From a virus (lineage: Duplodnaviria; Heunggongvirae; Uroviricota; Caudoviricetes), in the IMG/VR virus record IMGVR_UViG_3300031853_000005, positions 1 through 53,468 of that record: DNA of 53,468 bases. One strand, written 5' to 3'. Shown in pieces: positions 39,301 to 48,298 of this stretch. The notes under the pieces are model-generated. The model searched no databases, was not told the origin of the DNA, and saw only the letters and a list, made by a program, of their open reading frames with translations. The stretch's first letter is position 1. Each line of letters opens with the position of its first letter. The position numbers and the translations under genes are program-made.

Positions 39301-40500
39301 TCAATCTAAATCTATTGGATAGCAGGCTTTCACACCGCTATTATTTACAACCACAACCATCTGCTGCGGTTTGCCAGAAATTCTCCTGGACACTGTAAAG
39401 TCATCGCCTGTTCCGCAAAAGCTTCCGCTTCGAATCATCTTGACTCCCGAAATGTCATCATAAGAACAATGATGCATATGACCGTACAGAACAGCAGTCG
39501 GCTTTATACCAAGCATCATGACAAGCTTGGCAACTCCGCTCTCATTGAATTTGTCAAAGTCTCCGTGACAATAGATATAACAATGGTCACGGATGAAACA
39601 CGTACCAATTGTCGGATCAATGTTCTCATCAACAAATTCAATATTGCTGATATGAGAAAGCGCAGCTTTCATATACCAAGGAACCAGATCGTCAAGTCTT
39701 TCGTTGCGAAGAACCTGATCTTTTAGTCCGATTCTTGAATGATTCCCAGGGACAGAAGCAACACATACATTTTTAAAATACTTGCTCAATTCATAGGCAA
39801 ATGCGGAAATCAGTTCCGCACTTTTCTGAATCTGTTCAATCACATTTTCTCTGTTCTGCAACTGAGTAGTCCAATGGATGTTCCCACTGATGGAATCTCC
39901 AAGAAGAATCAGATATGCGTTTTCCGCAAGATGCGTTCTCTGAATCTCGATTACCTCAGAAAGATAACGGTTCAATCTCTGTTCTGCGATATCCGCATTG
40001 TAGGAACCAAAGAATCCATTGAACTCAGCGCCCAAATGAAAATCAGACAACGACACAATAAGATCGTTATCTGATGTGATAATGTCATGATGTAATTCAG
40101 GCAAAGCTCTCTGTCCGTTTTCTGCGATGAGCATTTCAAGATTCTTCAGGTCTTCCTCTGCTCTTGCATTGTCACGGGAAATCTTATTCAAAGCTTTTCT
40201 CTCATCAAAAAGCTTCTGCTTTTCTTTTCGGATTTCATCCTTTGTTGCGGCAAGATCTTCAACATACGAATCATGTTCATACTGTTTGAACACACCGGCT
40301 TCATACATTTTCTTGGCGTACTGATACGGCTTTCGATATGCTGATTCGTTGCGATATACGGATTCGTCTTCTCTGAATTCCTTGTTCATCAGATCAGCGA
40401 TGCCAACCCAGTCAATATCAATCAGCCCAGCATCTTTCGCCTGCCCAAGCCTCCAAAGGTACTGTTCCTCGTTTTCGTTCTCTATTCTCTTTAAATCCAA
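39301..40500 (-). CDS. Calcineurin-like metallophosphoesterase (YonJ-like)
   Basis: DFH, GD, GNH, HG and GHMH metal-binding motifs. Confidence 0.88.
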   Translation of the reverse strand: MDLKRIENENEEQYLWRLGQAKDAGLIDIDWVGIADLMNKEFREDESVYRNESAYRKPYQYAKKMYEAGVFKQYEHDSYVEDLAATKDEIRKEKQKLFDERKALNKISRDNARAEEDLKNLEMLIAENGQRALPELHHDIITSDNDLIVSLSDFHLGAEFNGFFGSYNADIAEQRLNRYLSEVIEIQRTHLAENAYLILLGDSISGNIHWTTQLQNRENVIEQIQKSAELISAFAYELSKYFKNVCVASVPGNHSRIGLKDQVLRNERLDDLVPWYMKAALSHISNIEFVDENIDPTIGTCFIRDHCYIYCHGDFDKFNESGVAKLVMMLGIKPTAVLYGHMHHCSYDDISGVKMIRSGSFCGTGDDFTVSRRISGKPQQMVVVVNNSGVKACYPIDLD

Positions 40501-40515
40501 ATTAAATCTCCTGAA

Positions 40516-41130
40516 TCAAACAATTTCGTCTATGTCGCAGTCCACACCGACAATAGCATCTGCAACACCGAGTTCCTTCGCCATTTCAGGAAGAAAATAG
40601 AACTCGCAACGATACTTCTTCTCGTATAACTCTTCGGTAATCTTGGTATGCTCAAGCACAAATTTCCTGATTGCTACTTCCAGTTCCCCGGCTTCAAAAT
40701 CAATGCGGTCTTTTGCCTTGCTCATATTATCGATCACACCCGTATATCCTTCATGCATGAGATATTCTGCATGCGGCATGGTAAACCTTTTGTGACCGGC
40801 AATGGCAATCAGAAATCCCATCGACATACACATGCCCTGATTCACGGTATACACAGGAGTCTTTGATGTGATGATGGTATCGATCAGACCAAAGCCATCA
40901 GAAACAGAACCGCCAGGTGAATTGATATAAAGAATAATCGGCTTGCGCTCTTCAACCGGAAGTCCCTTATCCATTCTGTTGAATCTCAGAATATGATAGG
41001 CGAGATCTCCGATGCACTGTTCGTCTACTTCAGAATTCAGATACAGTCTGCGACCTTCCAGATCTTCTGAATTGAACTGATCAAGCCAACAAAAATTATA
41101 AACTTCTTCTCTCTTCTTCTTCTCTGCCAT
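40516..41130 (-). CDS. clpP: ClpP-family (S14) protease
   Basis: LYINSPGGSV, MSMG (Ser), LMHEG (His), ELGVAD; Glu at the usual Asp position. Confidence 0.88.
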   Translation of the reverse strand: MAEKKKREEVYNFCWLDQFNSEDLEGRRLYLNSEVDEQCIGDLAYHILRFNRMDKGLPVEERKPIILYINSPGGSVSDGFGLIDTIITSKTPVYTVNQGMCMSMGFLIAIAGHKRFTMPHAEYLMHEGYTGVIDNMSKAKDRIDFEAGELEVAIRKFVLEHTKITEELYEKKYRCEFYFLPEMAKELGVADAIVGVDCDIDEIV

Positions 41131-41140
41131 AACATCCTCC

Positions 41141-42583
41141 CTACAGATGAATTACCATGCCTTTGAATGCACAAAGAACACGATAGGTTTTGTTATTCTT
41201 AGAGATTTGTTCTTTCAGTTTATCAGCAAGAGATTTCTTGCTTTCCATATCACCATGCACAAGCACAAGCTTGTCGCATTTCAGTGAGCTGCCATATGTT
41301 ATAAGATCATTGTGACCGGCATGACTGCTGAATGTTGATAATGTAATGCAGTCTGCGTTGTTCGCAATCGCTTCTTTATTGATGCTGATAAACTGTCTTT
41401 TACGATAATTCTTAATTCGATACGACAAATAAGATGGATTATCACCGGTATAACCCGTAAATATAATCATACTGTTTGAATCCTGGATATGCTTTTTCAA
41501 GTAGTCAACAACTCTTCCGTTTGTACAGAATCCAGAAGCAGAGATGACGATCTTCGGTCTGCTGTCATTCAGCACCATCCTGGAATCATCTTTCTCTTCA
41601 ATAAACTGTACGTTCTTCCACTTGCTTGCTTCTTCCCATAATTGAAGATCTTCGCCATCAAGTATTTTGGAATATAGTTTGCTGATTTCACAACTGAGTT
41701 TTGAATCGACATAAATCTTTGTATGAAATGAAGGATCATCACCATACAGCTCATAAAGCGTTGTCAGAATCTCCTGTGTTCTGCTGAAGCTGAAGCATGG
41801 GAGTACAGCAGTTCCTTTTCGCTCAATCGTCGTATCAATAGCCGCTTTAAGATGAAGAATATCATCATAGCGTTTTTTGTTATTCGCCTTTTTCGCATTG
41901 CCATATGTTGACTCCATCAGAACAACATGGTTGAAATCTTCCGGAATCTCCGTATGATCAACATAGTGATTCTTTGTATTCAGCGCTCCAAGATCCGATG
42001 TATACAGAATCTTTGTTCTCTTGTTCTCTTTCTTCAGTATTAGCTGAAGCTGTGCCGCACCGAGGCAGTGTGCATTGTACAGCCATTGAAAACTGACCGT
42101 ATCATTCAGCTCATAAATGTGGTTATATTCATCTAACTCATAGACATACCGAAATGTCTCTTTAACATCATCCATGTCATAGAGCGGTTTATATTCTCTG
42201 TGATGGCGTTTCGACAGAATCTTCGCCTCTTCTGTCAGAATATAGCATGAGTTCGACAGAAGCGGTTTCATGATCTCCGCCGTTTTCGCCGTTGCAATGA
42301 TCTTTCCCTGAAACCCTTCCTTTATCAGCCTGGGAATCAGACCGCAGTGATCAATATGCGGATGCGCTACGAATACAAAGTCAAGCTCAGAAGGCTTAAA
42401 CTGAAACTTCTCAGAATTGATTTTATAGGAATCCAGATAATCGTTGCTTGAAGACTGGTGTAATCCACATTCAAGAAGCATCTGGCAATCTCCGAATCGA
42501 ATGTAATACTGTGAGCCTGTTACATCATCAGATGCTTTTCCAGTGAAAAAGATTCCGTCACCCTTGAGCTTCTTCTTACTCAT
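41141..42583 (-). CDS. Metallo-beta-lactamase/beta-CASP nuclease (CPSF73/YSH1-like)
   Basis: HPHIDH, NAH, YTSDLG, MESTYG, SASGF and FSSHA motifs. Confidence 0.9.
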   Translation of the reverse strand: MSKKKLKGDGIFFTGKASDDVTGSQYYIRFGDCQMLLECGLHQSSSNDYLDSYKINSEKFQFKPSELDFVFVAHPHIDHCGLIPRLIKEGFQGKIIATAKTAEIMKPLLSNSCYILTEEAKILSKRHHREYKPLYDMDDVKETFRYVYELDEYNHIYELNDTVSFQWLYNAHCLGAAQLQLILKKENKRTKILYTSDLGALNTKNHYVDHTEIPEDFNHVVLMESTYGNAKKANNKKRYDDILHLKAAIDTTIERKGTAVLPCFSFSRTQEILTTLYELYGDDPSFHTKIYVDSKLSCEISKLYSKILDGEDLQLWEEASKWKNVQFIEEKDDSRMVLNDSRPKIVISASGFCTNGRVVDYLKKHIQDSNSMIIFTGYTGDNPSYLSYRIKNYRKRQFISINKEAIANNADCITLSTFSSHAGHNDLITYGSSLKCDKLVLVHGDMESKKSLADKLKEQISKNNKTYRVLCAFKGMVIHL

Positions 42584-42594
42584 AGCAACGCCTC

Positions 42595-42816
42595 TTACTT
42601 ATTCAGCTTCTTCGCAAGATCTGCATACTTATCGCCGATATAGCGCTTGTTGCACGTTCTGTAATAGCTTGCGAGATTGCCGTTGCGATCTACATAACCG
42701 CGACTGGTATTATGCAGTACGCCCTTCTTCACAAGAACATCCATCTCTTCTTTTGTAATCAGCTTAATAATTGACACATCCTTTATTAAAATTGCCGTGG
42801 TTTTATAGACGCCCAC
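42595..42816 (-). CDS. Small basic hypothetical protein
   Basis: ORF present but start uncertain: GTG at 42816 lacks an SD, while AAGGATGTG precedes ATT ATT AAG. Confidence 0.55.
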   Translation of the reverse strand: MGVYKTTAILIKDVSIIKLITKEEMDVLVKKGVLHNTSRGYVDRNGNLASYYRTCNKRYIGDKYADLAKKLNK

Positions 42817-42831
42817 GACATACGTCTTTTG

Positions 42832-42907
42832 TGGCGGCTCTTAAAGGACTCGAACCTTTGACATGCTGGTTAACAGCCAGCCGCTCTACCAACTGAGCTA
42901 AAGAACC
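42832..42907 (-). tRNA. tRNA-Asn(GTT)
   Basis: GGTTCTT/AAGAGCC acceptor stem, GCTGG-CTGTTAA-CCAGC, GGTTCGAGTCC, encoded CCA. Confidence 0.97.
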
Positions 42908-42909
42908 AT

Positions 42910-43300
42910 AGAATGCGGTCGGTCATCCATTGTGCCGCTTGTCGGTGGCGTACACCGCAGAATCCCGATTGCGAGAACTAAGGGAAAGTTCCGACACCCT
43001 CCCTTTACAAGAACACATCCCCGAAGGGCCTACTATGCTCTTTCATTCAATAAAACCGACTGTTACGGTACGCCCCATACGGTGGACGTGCGATGAATTC
43101 CAAATCTATACGCCAACTTATATACCGCATACGCCAGCGGTCTGTTGCAAGCAACACTCAGTAACCGCTTGCACGATTACGAAAACCGTTTCTACTATTG
43201 TAGATCGGTAAAAACAGAAAGCCATCAAGTGTGCCGCGCCTCGATGATGGCTGTAAAGAATCTGAGCATCGATATTTGGTCGGCCTGATGGAAGTGCCTA
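42910..43300 (-). ncRNA. Candidate large structured ncRNA inside tRNA cluster
   Basis: No SD-led ORF; many nested helices including cUUCGg and gCUUGc tetraloop hairpins and long-range complements; boundaries approximate. Confidence 0.55.
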
Positions 43301-43313
43301 AAATAATTTTATA

Positions 43314-43399
43314 TGGTCGGGAAGGGTAGACTCGAACTACCGGCGTTTCATCTGTCACGGCTTTACAGGCCGCTACCCTCGCCGCTGGGCTACTTCCCG
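43314..43399 (-). tRNA. tRNA-Tyr(GTA), long variable arm, C1:G72
   Basis: CGGGAAG/CTTCCCG-A-CCA, GCGGC-CTGTAAA-GCCGT, GGTAG-TTCGAGT-CTACC. Confidence 0.95.
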
Positions 43400-43402
43400 A
43401 TG

Positions 43403-43477
43403 TGGTTGCGGGTGCTGGATTCGAACCAGCGTCTTCAGCTTATGAGGCTGACAAGGCTTCCACTCCTCTAACCCGCA
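43403..43477 (-). tRNA. tRNA with CAT anticodon (Met; partly initiator-like)
   Basis: TGCGGGT/ACCCGCA-A-CCA, TCAGC-CTCATAA-GCTGA, GCTGG-TTCGAAT-CCAGC. Confidence 0.92.
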
Positions 43478-43488
43478 GTATATCTATA

Positions 43489-43564
43489 TGGTGGACGGTA
43501 ACGGAATCGAACCGTTGACCTCCTGAGTGCAAATCAGGTGCTCTCCCAACTGAGCCAACCGCCC
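43489..43564 (-). tRNA. tRNA-Ala(TGC)
   Basis: GGGCGGT/ACCGTCC with G3:U70, CCTGA-TTTGCAC-TCAGG, encoded CCA. Confidence 0.97.
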
Positions 43565-43713
43565 ATGTTATCTGCCCCGACACAGGCCGAGGCAGAACCG
43601 AGAAGAGAAAGATAGAGGATGCGAATGATAGCATATGGCTATACCATATACCATAATACATAAAATTTTTGAAATGCTCAAAACCCCAGTAATTACTGTA
43701 CTTTGACAAACTT

Positions 43714-44610
43714 TTAACTTTTAATCTTAATTTCTACTTTGCATTCAGCATCGTGTTTTTGTTTCCAGATTTTTCGTTTTTCTCGATTGATGATGGATTG
43801 GCAATCGGCACAACGCTTAGTTCTTGTATTGTTACCAGCGATTTTAAACTCTTTTCCACAATCAATACACTGAATAAGCTTATCTGTCTGTGGTATATAA
43901 CCGGCGCAGTCATTGCAGTATTTCTTTGTGCCAGCTTTGTTCCCACGCATAAGAACGCCGCACTCAGCACAGGCTACAATATTCTCTCCGATCTCTTTCA
44001 GATAATAATATCCGAGATCTCTGAAGTCCGATACAGCAAGATGTATTTCACCTTCCATATCGCAGAAGGTGATTCGAACAGCAAGATTATCGTTCTTCTT
44101 CGGCAGATCAACCAGCCCCCTGGTATAGAAGTCATTGATCATGTAGTCCTGCTTTTCTTCGCTGAGAGAAACATGAGCCAGCGAAAATACATCCTTCGTT
44201 TTATGGTTTACCCATCCGTTGTTCTTTTCATTCCTGATGTTGCCGAGTTTCGCCAGACACAAGTATGTAAACAAAACCTGTTGATGCTGCTTAGAAAGTC
44301 CGCAGTCTGTTATTTTAGCGAACTCTTCCTTGGTAATCGGAACGCTGTTGTGTTCGAACAGTGGATACTTACCGGCACTCGCAGCAATCTTTTCAATGCT
44401 TTCCTGCCATCTCTGAACATTGCTTTTATACAGTCCATAGTTCTGACTGACAAAAGCGGTAAGCTCTGTTTCAATTCGTTTCTTCCGATAGCCGAGAATA
44501 AAGTAATAATACTTTGCTATGATCTGAGCGGTCTGCCACGCATTCTCGCCGAGAGTCCTATCTTCCAAGCATCGTTTCGCATACTTCTTTTCGTTCAAAA
44601 TAATTGTCAT
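43714..44610 (-). CDS. Hypothetical protein with two C-terminal Zn ribbons, coupled to RNAP
   Basis: CAECG...CNDC and CIDCG...CADC; ATGA overlap with RNAP stop. Confidence 0.75.
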   Translation of the reverse strand: MTIILNEKKYAKRCLEDRTLGENAWQTAQIIAKYYYFILGYRKKRIETELTAFVSQNYGLYKSNVQRWQESIEKIAASAGKYPLFEHNSVPITKEEFAKITDCGLSKQHQQVLFTYLCLAKLGNIRNEKNNGWVNHKTKDVFSLAHVSLSEEKQDYMINDFYTRGLVDLPKKNDNLAVRITFCDMEGEIHLAVSDFRDLGYYYLKEIGENIVACAECGVLMRGNKAGTKKYCNDCAGYIPQTDKLIQCIDCGKEFKIAGNNTRTKRCADCQSIINREKRKIWKQKHDAECKVEIKIKS

Positions 44611-47357
44611 GAAAGATCACCTCCGACCAGAACCGTCTTCATCTCAAATGATTCGCCGCCATACTCAAACTCATCTCCGCCACGTTTCGGATAACACATC
44701 ACATTGTCGTTCTTCTCAAGAAGATTCTGAATGATCTGTCCACCGGCGATATCCCAGGCAAACTGTTTTGAACCTTCTTTCTGATAGCAGAGATCCAGAA
44801 CAATGTCACACAGTTCCTTTTCATTCGGACATGCCACGGATGCCTTCAGCATAAACTTCCGCAGAAAATCTTCTCTGGTTTTCGGAAGCTCATCTTCTGT
44901 AATGTATCCGTTCTTTCTGAGATACTTCATATACTGCTGTGACTCATGCGTATATTCCAGATATAATCTCTGAATCGCATTGAAGTCTTTCATGCTGTAC
45001 TCAACGCCGGACTTCAGAATCCGATAATTGAATTCGTGATCTGGTTTGTCCAGTCCGTTGTAATGTGGAAACGCTTTTTCGAAATGCCAGCAGATTCGGT
45101 TGATCGTACAGGCGTTCTCTCCGATCTTACGATCAGTTTCGGAATGCGAAAGAAACTCTTCAACTTCTTTCTTCTTCATCTTCTTGCTCTTCAGTTCTTC
45201 GATGCTTGAAATGCCATAATGAGCAAACCGTCTTCTGCTGCTTCTCTGGTTATTCTTTTCGAAATCCTGATACTGCTTTCTAAGATTCGGATAGACATAA
45301 CACATGAAGTACGGCTTATATGGAGCACACACTCTGTCGAGCAGATGCTTGTCGAAATATCCAGGCGCATCCTTGATGTCTCTGTAGGAGTACCAGTATT
45401 TCGGCATAGGTTCGCAGACGATTCCCTTGATACGGTCGATTGTTTCCTGCTGATATGCCTGACCGCACATGATCCGATACCGCAGTATCTTATATTCATC
45501 AGAATCTTCCGAGAACCCAGCGCACCGCTCAATCATGCTCGTTACATGATTCGTCACAACTCCGATGTCATCATTGAATGCAAGCTTGTTTCCGGCAACA
45601 ATATCTTCTTCGGTTGGGATCTTCTTGTTCGCTTTTCTCTGCATGCAGATAAGCGTTCTTGGATTTGTCGCATTCTTCAGAATCACGCTGTTGTCTGTGG
45701 CAAATACCGTATCGCCATCAAAATCGCACCCATTGAGTGCATCTGCCATTGTGTCCCAGGCGTTGATCAGGCAGGCGGTTTCAACATACTGAAACCAATG
45801 CAGCGTTTCTTCCTCTGCGTTCAACTTCATCTTCCGCACATTATGGAGAGAAGTCATTGGAGCGCGGAAACATGCGATCTCTGTGGCACCACAGTCAGAC
45901 CAGTACCGATGATACACTTCTCCGCGCTTCAGCAAGCCGGTCACTTGCAACCCAAACATGCTCTGAGCCAGTGCATAAAGATCGCCGCCAAGCATGGCGA
46001 AGTTTGCGTGAATCCGAAGAGATCCCTTCTTCGCGTCATCCATTCTTTTCCGAATCATGGAGTAGATGTTTCTGCGCACATAAGGATCATTGATCATTTC
46101 TTTGTCGATCATCAGAGCTTTTACATAGTCATCTCTACCGTGTATTGCGCCCTGGTCATCCATTCCGAAACCACAAAGGAAAGCAAGACTCTTCCGATAA
46201 TCACCGCCAAGAATAGCCAGAATTTCTTCTTCTGTCGGTTTGCAGATCTCATCGATGTCGTTGTCCGCCATGTGGATGTCCTGAAGAAACTGATAGTTCG
46301 TATCGCGCACATTTTCAAGTTTCTCAGGAGTATCTTTCGTGACCGCAAACTCATAGTGATTATCCTTGCAGCATTCCAGATATTCCTCAATGCCGTCATA
46401 GGAATCCCAGAGTTTCAGCATCGATTCAGTGAGAATCATGTCTGCTTCTCTTACATCACGCCAGTCTCCCCACACATCTTTCACATAGTAGTTGCCAGCA
46501 ACTTTTTCGGCAAACTCTACATAATCGAATGTGTAAAGCATTCCTTTTGTCCAGGCGTTGCGGCAATTGACACCAGACAGCGTGTGCTCTCCATCGCCAT
46601 TCAGGAACTCATTCAGCCGCTTCGAATAGGAAGGGGAGATCATTCCGTTTCCATCCGATGCATCATGTTCGATTTCATAGCCATTGACTTCCTGAAGATC
46701 TGGTTCTCCATCTGTATCCGTATTAATCACAATGACATCATCTTTGAACTGCGTCATACAGTCATGAACGACAATCACGCCATTTGGCTGTGGAATCGGA
46801 GTAGAACCAGAGCAGGTGAGTGCACAGTATGCTTCAAACTTCGCAGGCACAAGTTCCTTCTTCATGTTTCGCCCATTGTCAATTCGCGATCTCAGCGTCG
46901 GCCACAGCAGTTCATTGACATAGACAATGGTGCTGGTCTTGACTCCACCGTTTGTTCCAAGCAGACGTTTGAACCGAATGCCATTGATACTAAATCCCTG
47001 GTTTGCGCGGTCATAGTCCTTTGGGCTATCCATAACGATACAGACATAATCCGGCTGAAACTGAAGATCATAGAGGCTCTTGTAATAACTTTTAATCTGA
47101 GAGCGGGATTCTGCGCTCTTCGGCTTCTTCTTCCAGTATTTGATCTGCTTCTTGATATGCGCTACCTGATCATCATAGTTCTCCACATGATTCAGCTCAT
47201 CAATCCATCTGAGCATCTGGCTGTCATTGATGGACACGATCAGATCAGGAAACTCTTCCATCGCTTTCTGAAGCGGGAGATCAAGATCCCATCCGCTTCG
47301 TTTGAGCTGCTTGGTATGTATTTTATAGATAAGCTTCTGCGCTGCCTTTTGTTTCAA
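44607..47357 (-). CDS. yonO: YonO-like single-subunit (double-psi beta-barrel, cellular RdRP-related) DNA-dependent RNA polymerase
   Basis: ALNGCDFDGDTVF catalytic motif (45711-45725), FRAP, KGML, SDGNG; 916 aa; position upstream of the late operon as in SPbeta. Confidence 0.9.
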   Translation of the reverse strand: MKQKAAQKLIYKIHTKQLKRSGWDLDLPLQKAMEEFPDLIVSINDSQMLRWIDELNHVENYDDQVAHIKKQIKYWKKKPKSAESRSQIKSYYKSLYDLQFQPDYVCIVMDSPKDYDRANQGFSINGIRFKRLLGTNGGVKTSTIVYVNELLWPTLRSRIDNGRNMKKELVPAKFEAYCALTCSGSTPIPQPNGVIVVHDCMTQFKDDVIVINTDTDGEPDLQEVNGYEIEHDASDGNGMISPSYSKRLNEFLNGDGEHTLSGVNCRNAWTKGMLYTFDYVEFAEKVAGNYYVKDVWGDWRDVREADMILTESMLKLWDSYDGIEEYLECCKDNHYEFAVTKDTPEKLENVRDTNYQFLQDIHMADNDIDEICKPTEEEILAILGGDYRKSLAFLCGFGMDDQGAIHGRDDYVKALMIDKEMINDPYVRRNIYSMIRKRMDDAKKGSLRIHANFAMLGGDLYALAQSMFGLQVTGLLKRGEVYHRYWSDCGATEIACFRAPMTSLHNVRKMKLNAEEETLHWFQYVETACLINAWDTMADALNGCDFDGDTVFATDNSVILKNATNPRTLICMQRKANKKIPTEEDIVAGNKLAFNDDIGVVTNHVTSMIERCAGFSEDSDEYKILRYRIMCGQAYQQETIDRIKGIVCEPMPKYWYSYRDIKDAPGYFDKHLLDRVCAPYKPYFMCYVYPNLRKQYQDFEKNNQRSSRRRFAHYGISSIEELKSKKMKKKEVEEFLSHSETDRKIGENACTINRICWHFEKAFPHYNGLDKPDHEFNYRILKSGVEYSMKDFNAIQRLYLEYTHESQQYMKYLRKNGYITEDELPKTREDFLRKFMLKASVACPNEKELCDIVLDLCYQKEGSKQFAWDIAGGQIIQNLLEKNDNVMCYPKRGGDEFEYGGESFEMKTVLVGGDLS

Positions 47358-47473
47358 CGCATCATCCTCCTATAGTTTGCATTGTTTTTACAGTCATGAT
47401 GACTGTCTGATAATTTGATGTTTTCTTCGCTGGTATAAATTCACATCTTCAAATTGATGAAAACACAGACAGT

Positions 47474-47716
47474 TTAATTGTCTGTACTTTCTTTTTTATT
47501 TTTGTTGATTGCAATCATCTTCTGACGTTGAGCCTCGCGCTCTTCATCAGTCCATTCTCGCCTGGATTGTTTCAGATAAGGATTGTGACCGAAACGAAAC
47601 GGATGTAAAATACATCCTTCAGCCGGACAGAGTTTCACTTCGTTCGCGGATTCCTTACAACATTCCAGGCAGTATTTTCTGATTGCCTTAATAGGACTTG
47701 TAATTACATCACTCAT
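47474..47716 (-). CDS. Small Cys-containing hypothetical protein (MSDVITSPIKAIRKYCLECC...)
   Basis: GAGG SD with ATG at 47716; start reassigned. Confidence 0.7.
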   Translation of the reverse strand: MSDVITSPIKAIRKYCLECCKESANEVKLCPAEGCILHPFRFGHNPYLKQSRREWTDEEREAQRQKMIAINKNKKESTDN

Positions 47717-48293
47717 TATTGACCTCATTGAATATGTGTTTCTTAAGCGGCGCATATCTTGTAAGCGGATATCTGCTGTTTCTGAGCCAGACACACCACA
47801 TCACATCCATAAGCGGAGCACCGCTGCTTGCGCCAAACAGAAAGTCAGGTCTCCATGTAAGAGGGAAGATATAATCAGGCGGACATTGAGTGAACAGATC
47901 ATATCTTTTCTTTGCATGCCAGAACTGCGACTTCAATAAGAACGCAAATGGGATATTGAGTTCATGCGCATGTCTGATAAATTCTTCAGCAAGCGAAAAC
48001 GGCGGATTCGTGATAATCCAGTTGCAGCCATCCGGGACTTCATTGATCTTTAGGAAATCATGACCAGTGCTAATATCTGTTCCGACTACTTCATAAGGCC
48101 CAATACGTTTAAGGCATCTGACCATTCGACCATCGCCGCATGCCGGTTCCCAGATCTTTGTTGTCTCAGGATTCGGCTGTATAGCATAAATCAATGTTTC
48201 TGTTACTTCGTCGGGAGTTGGGTAGAAATCGGTTGCAGATCTTTTCTTCTCAGGATTTCCGCCAATCATCTGGCTTGCAGTGATTGATTCCAT
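47709..48293 (-). CDS. Orphan amino-(N6A/N4C) DNA methyltransferase
   Basis: DFYPTP, IWEPACGDG (SAM-binding motif I), IITNPPF (motif IV). Confidence 0.85.
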   Translation of the reverse strand: MESITASQMIGGNPEKKRSATDFYPTPDEVTETLIYAIQPNPETTKIWEPACGDGRMVRCLKRIGPYEVVGTDISTGHDFLKINEVPDGCNWIITNPPFSLAEEFIRHAHELNIPFAFLLKSQFWHAKKRYDLFTQCPPDYIFPLTWRPDFLFGASSGAPLMDVMWCVWLRNSRYPLTRYAPLKKHIFNEVNNE

Positions 48294-48298
48294 AGTTC

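Noticed and set aside
45219-47375. 718 aa plus-strand ORF
   Set aside because: Lies antisense to the RNAP gene, has no SD or recognisable motif, and reads as low-information I/L/H/F-rich text; consistent with a codon-bias shadow ORF.
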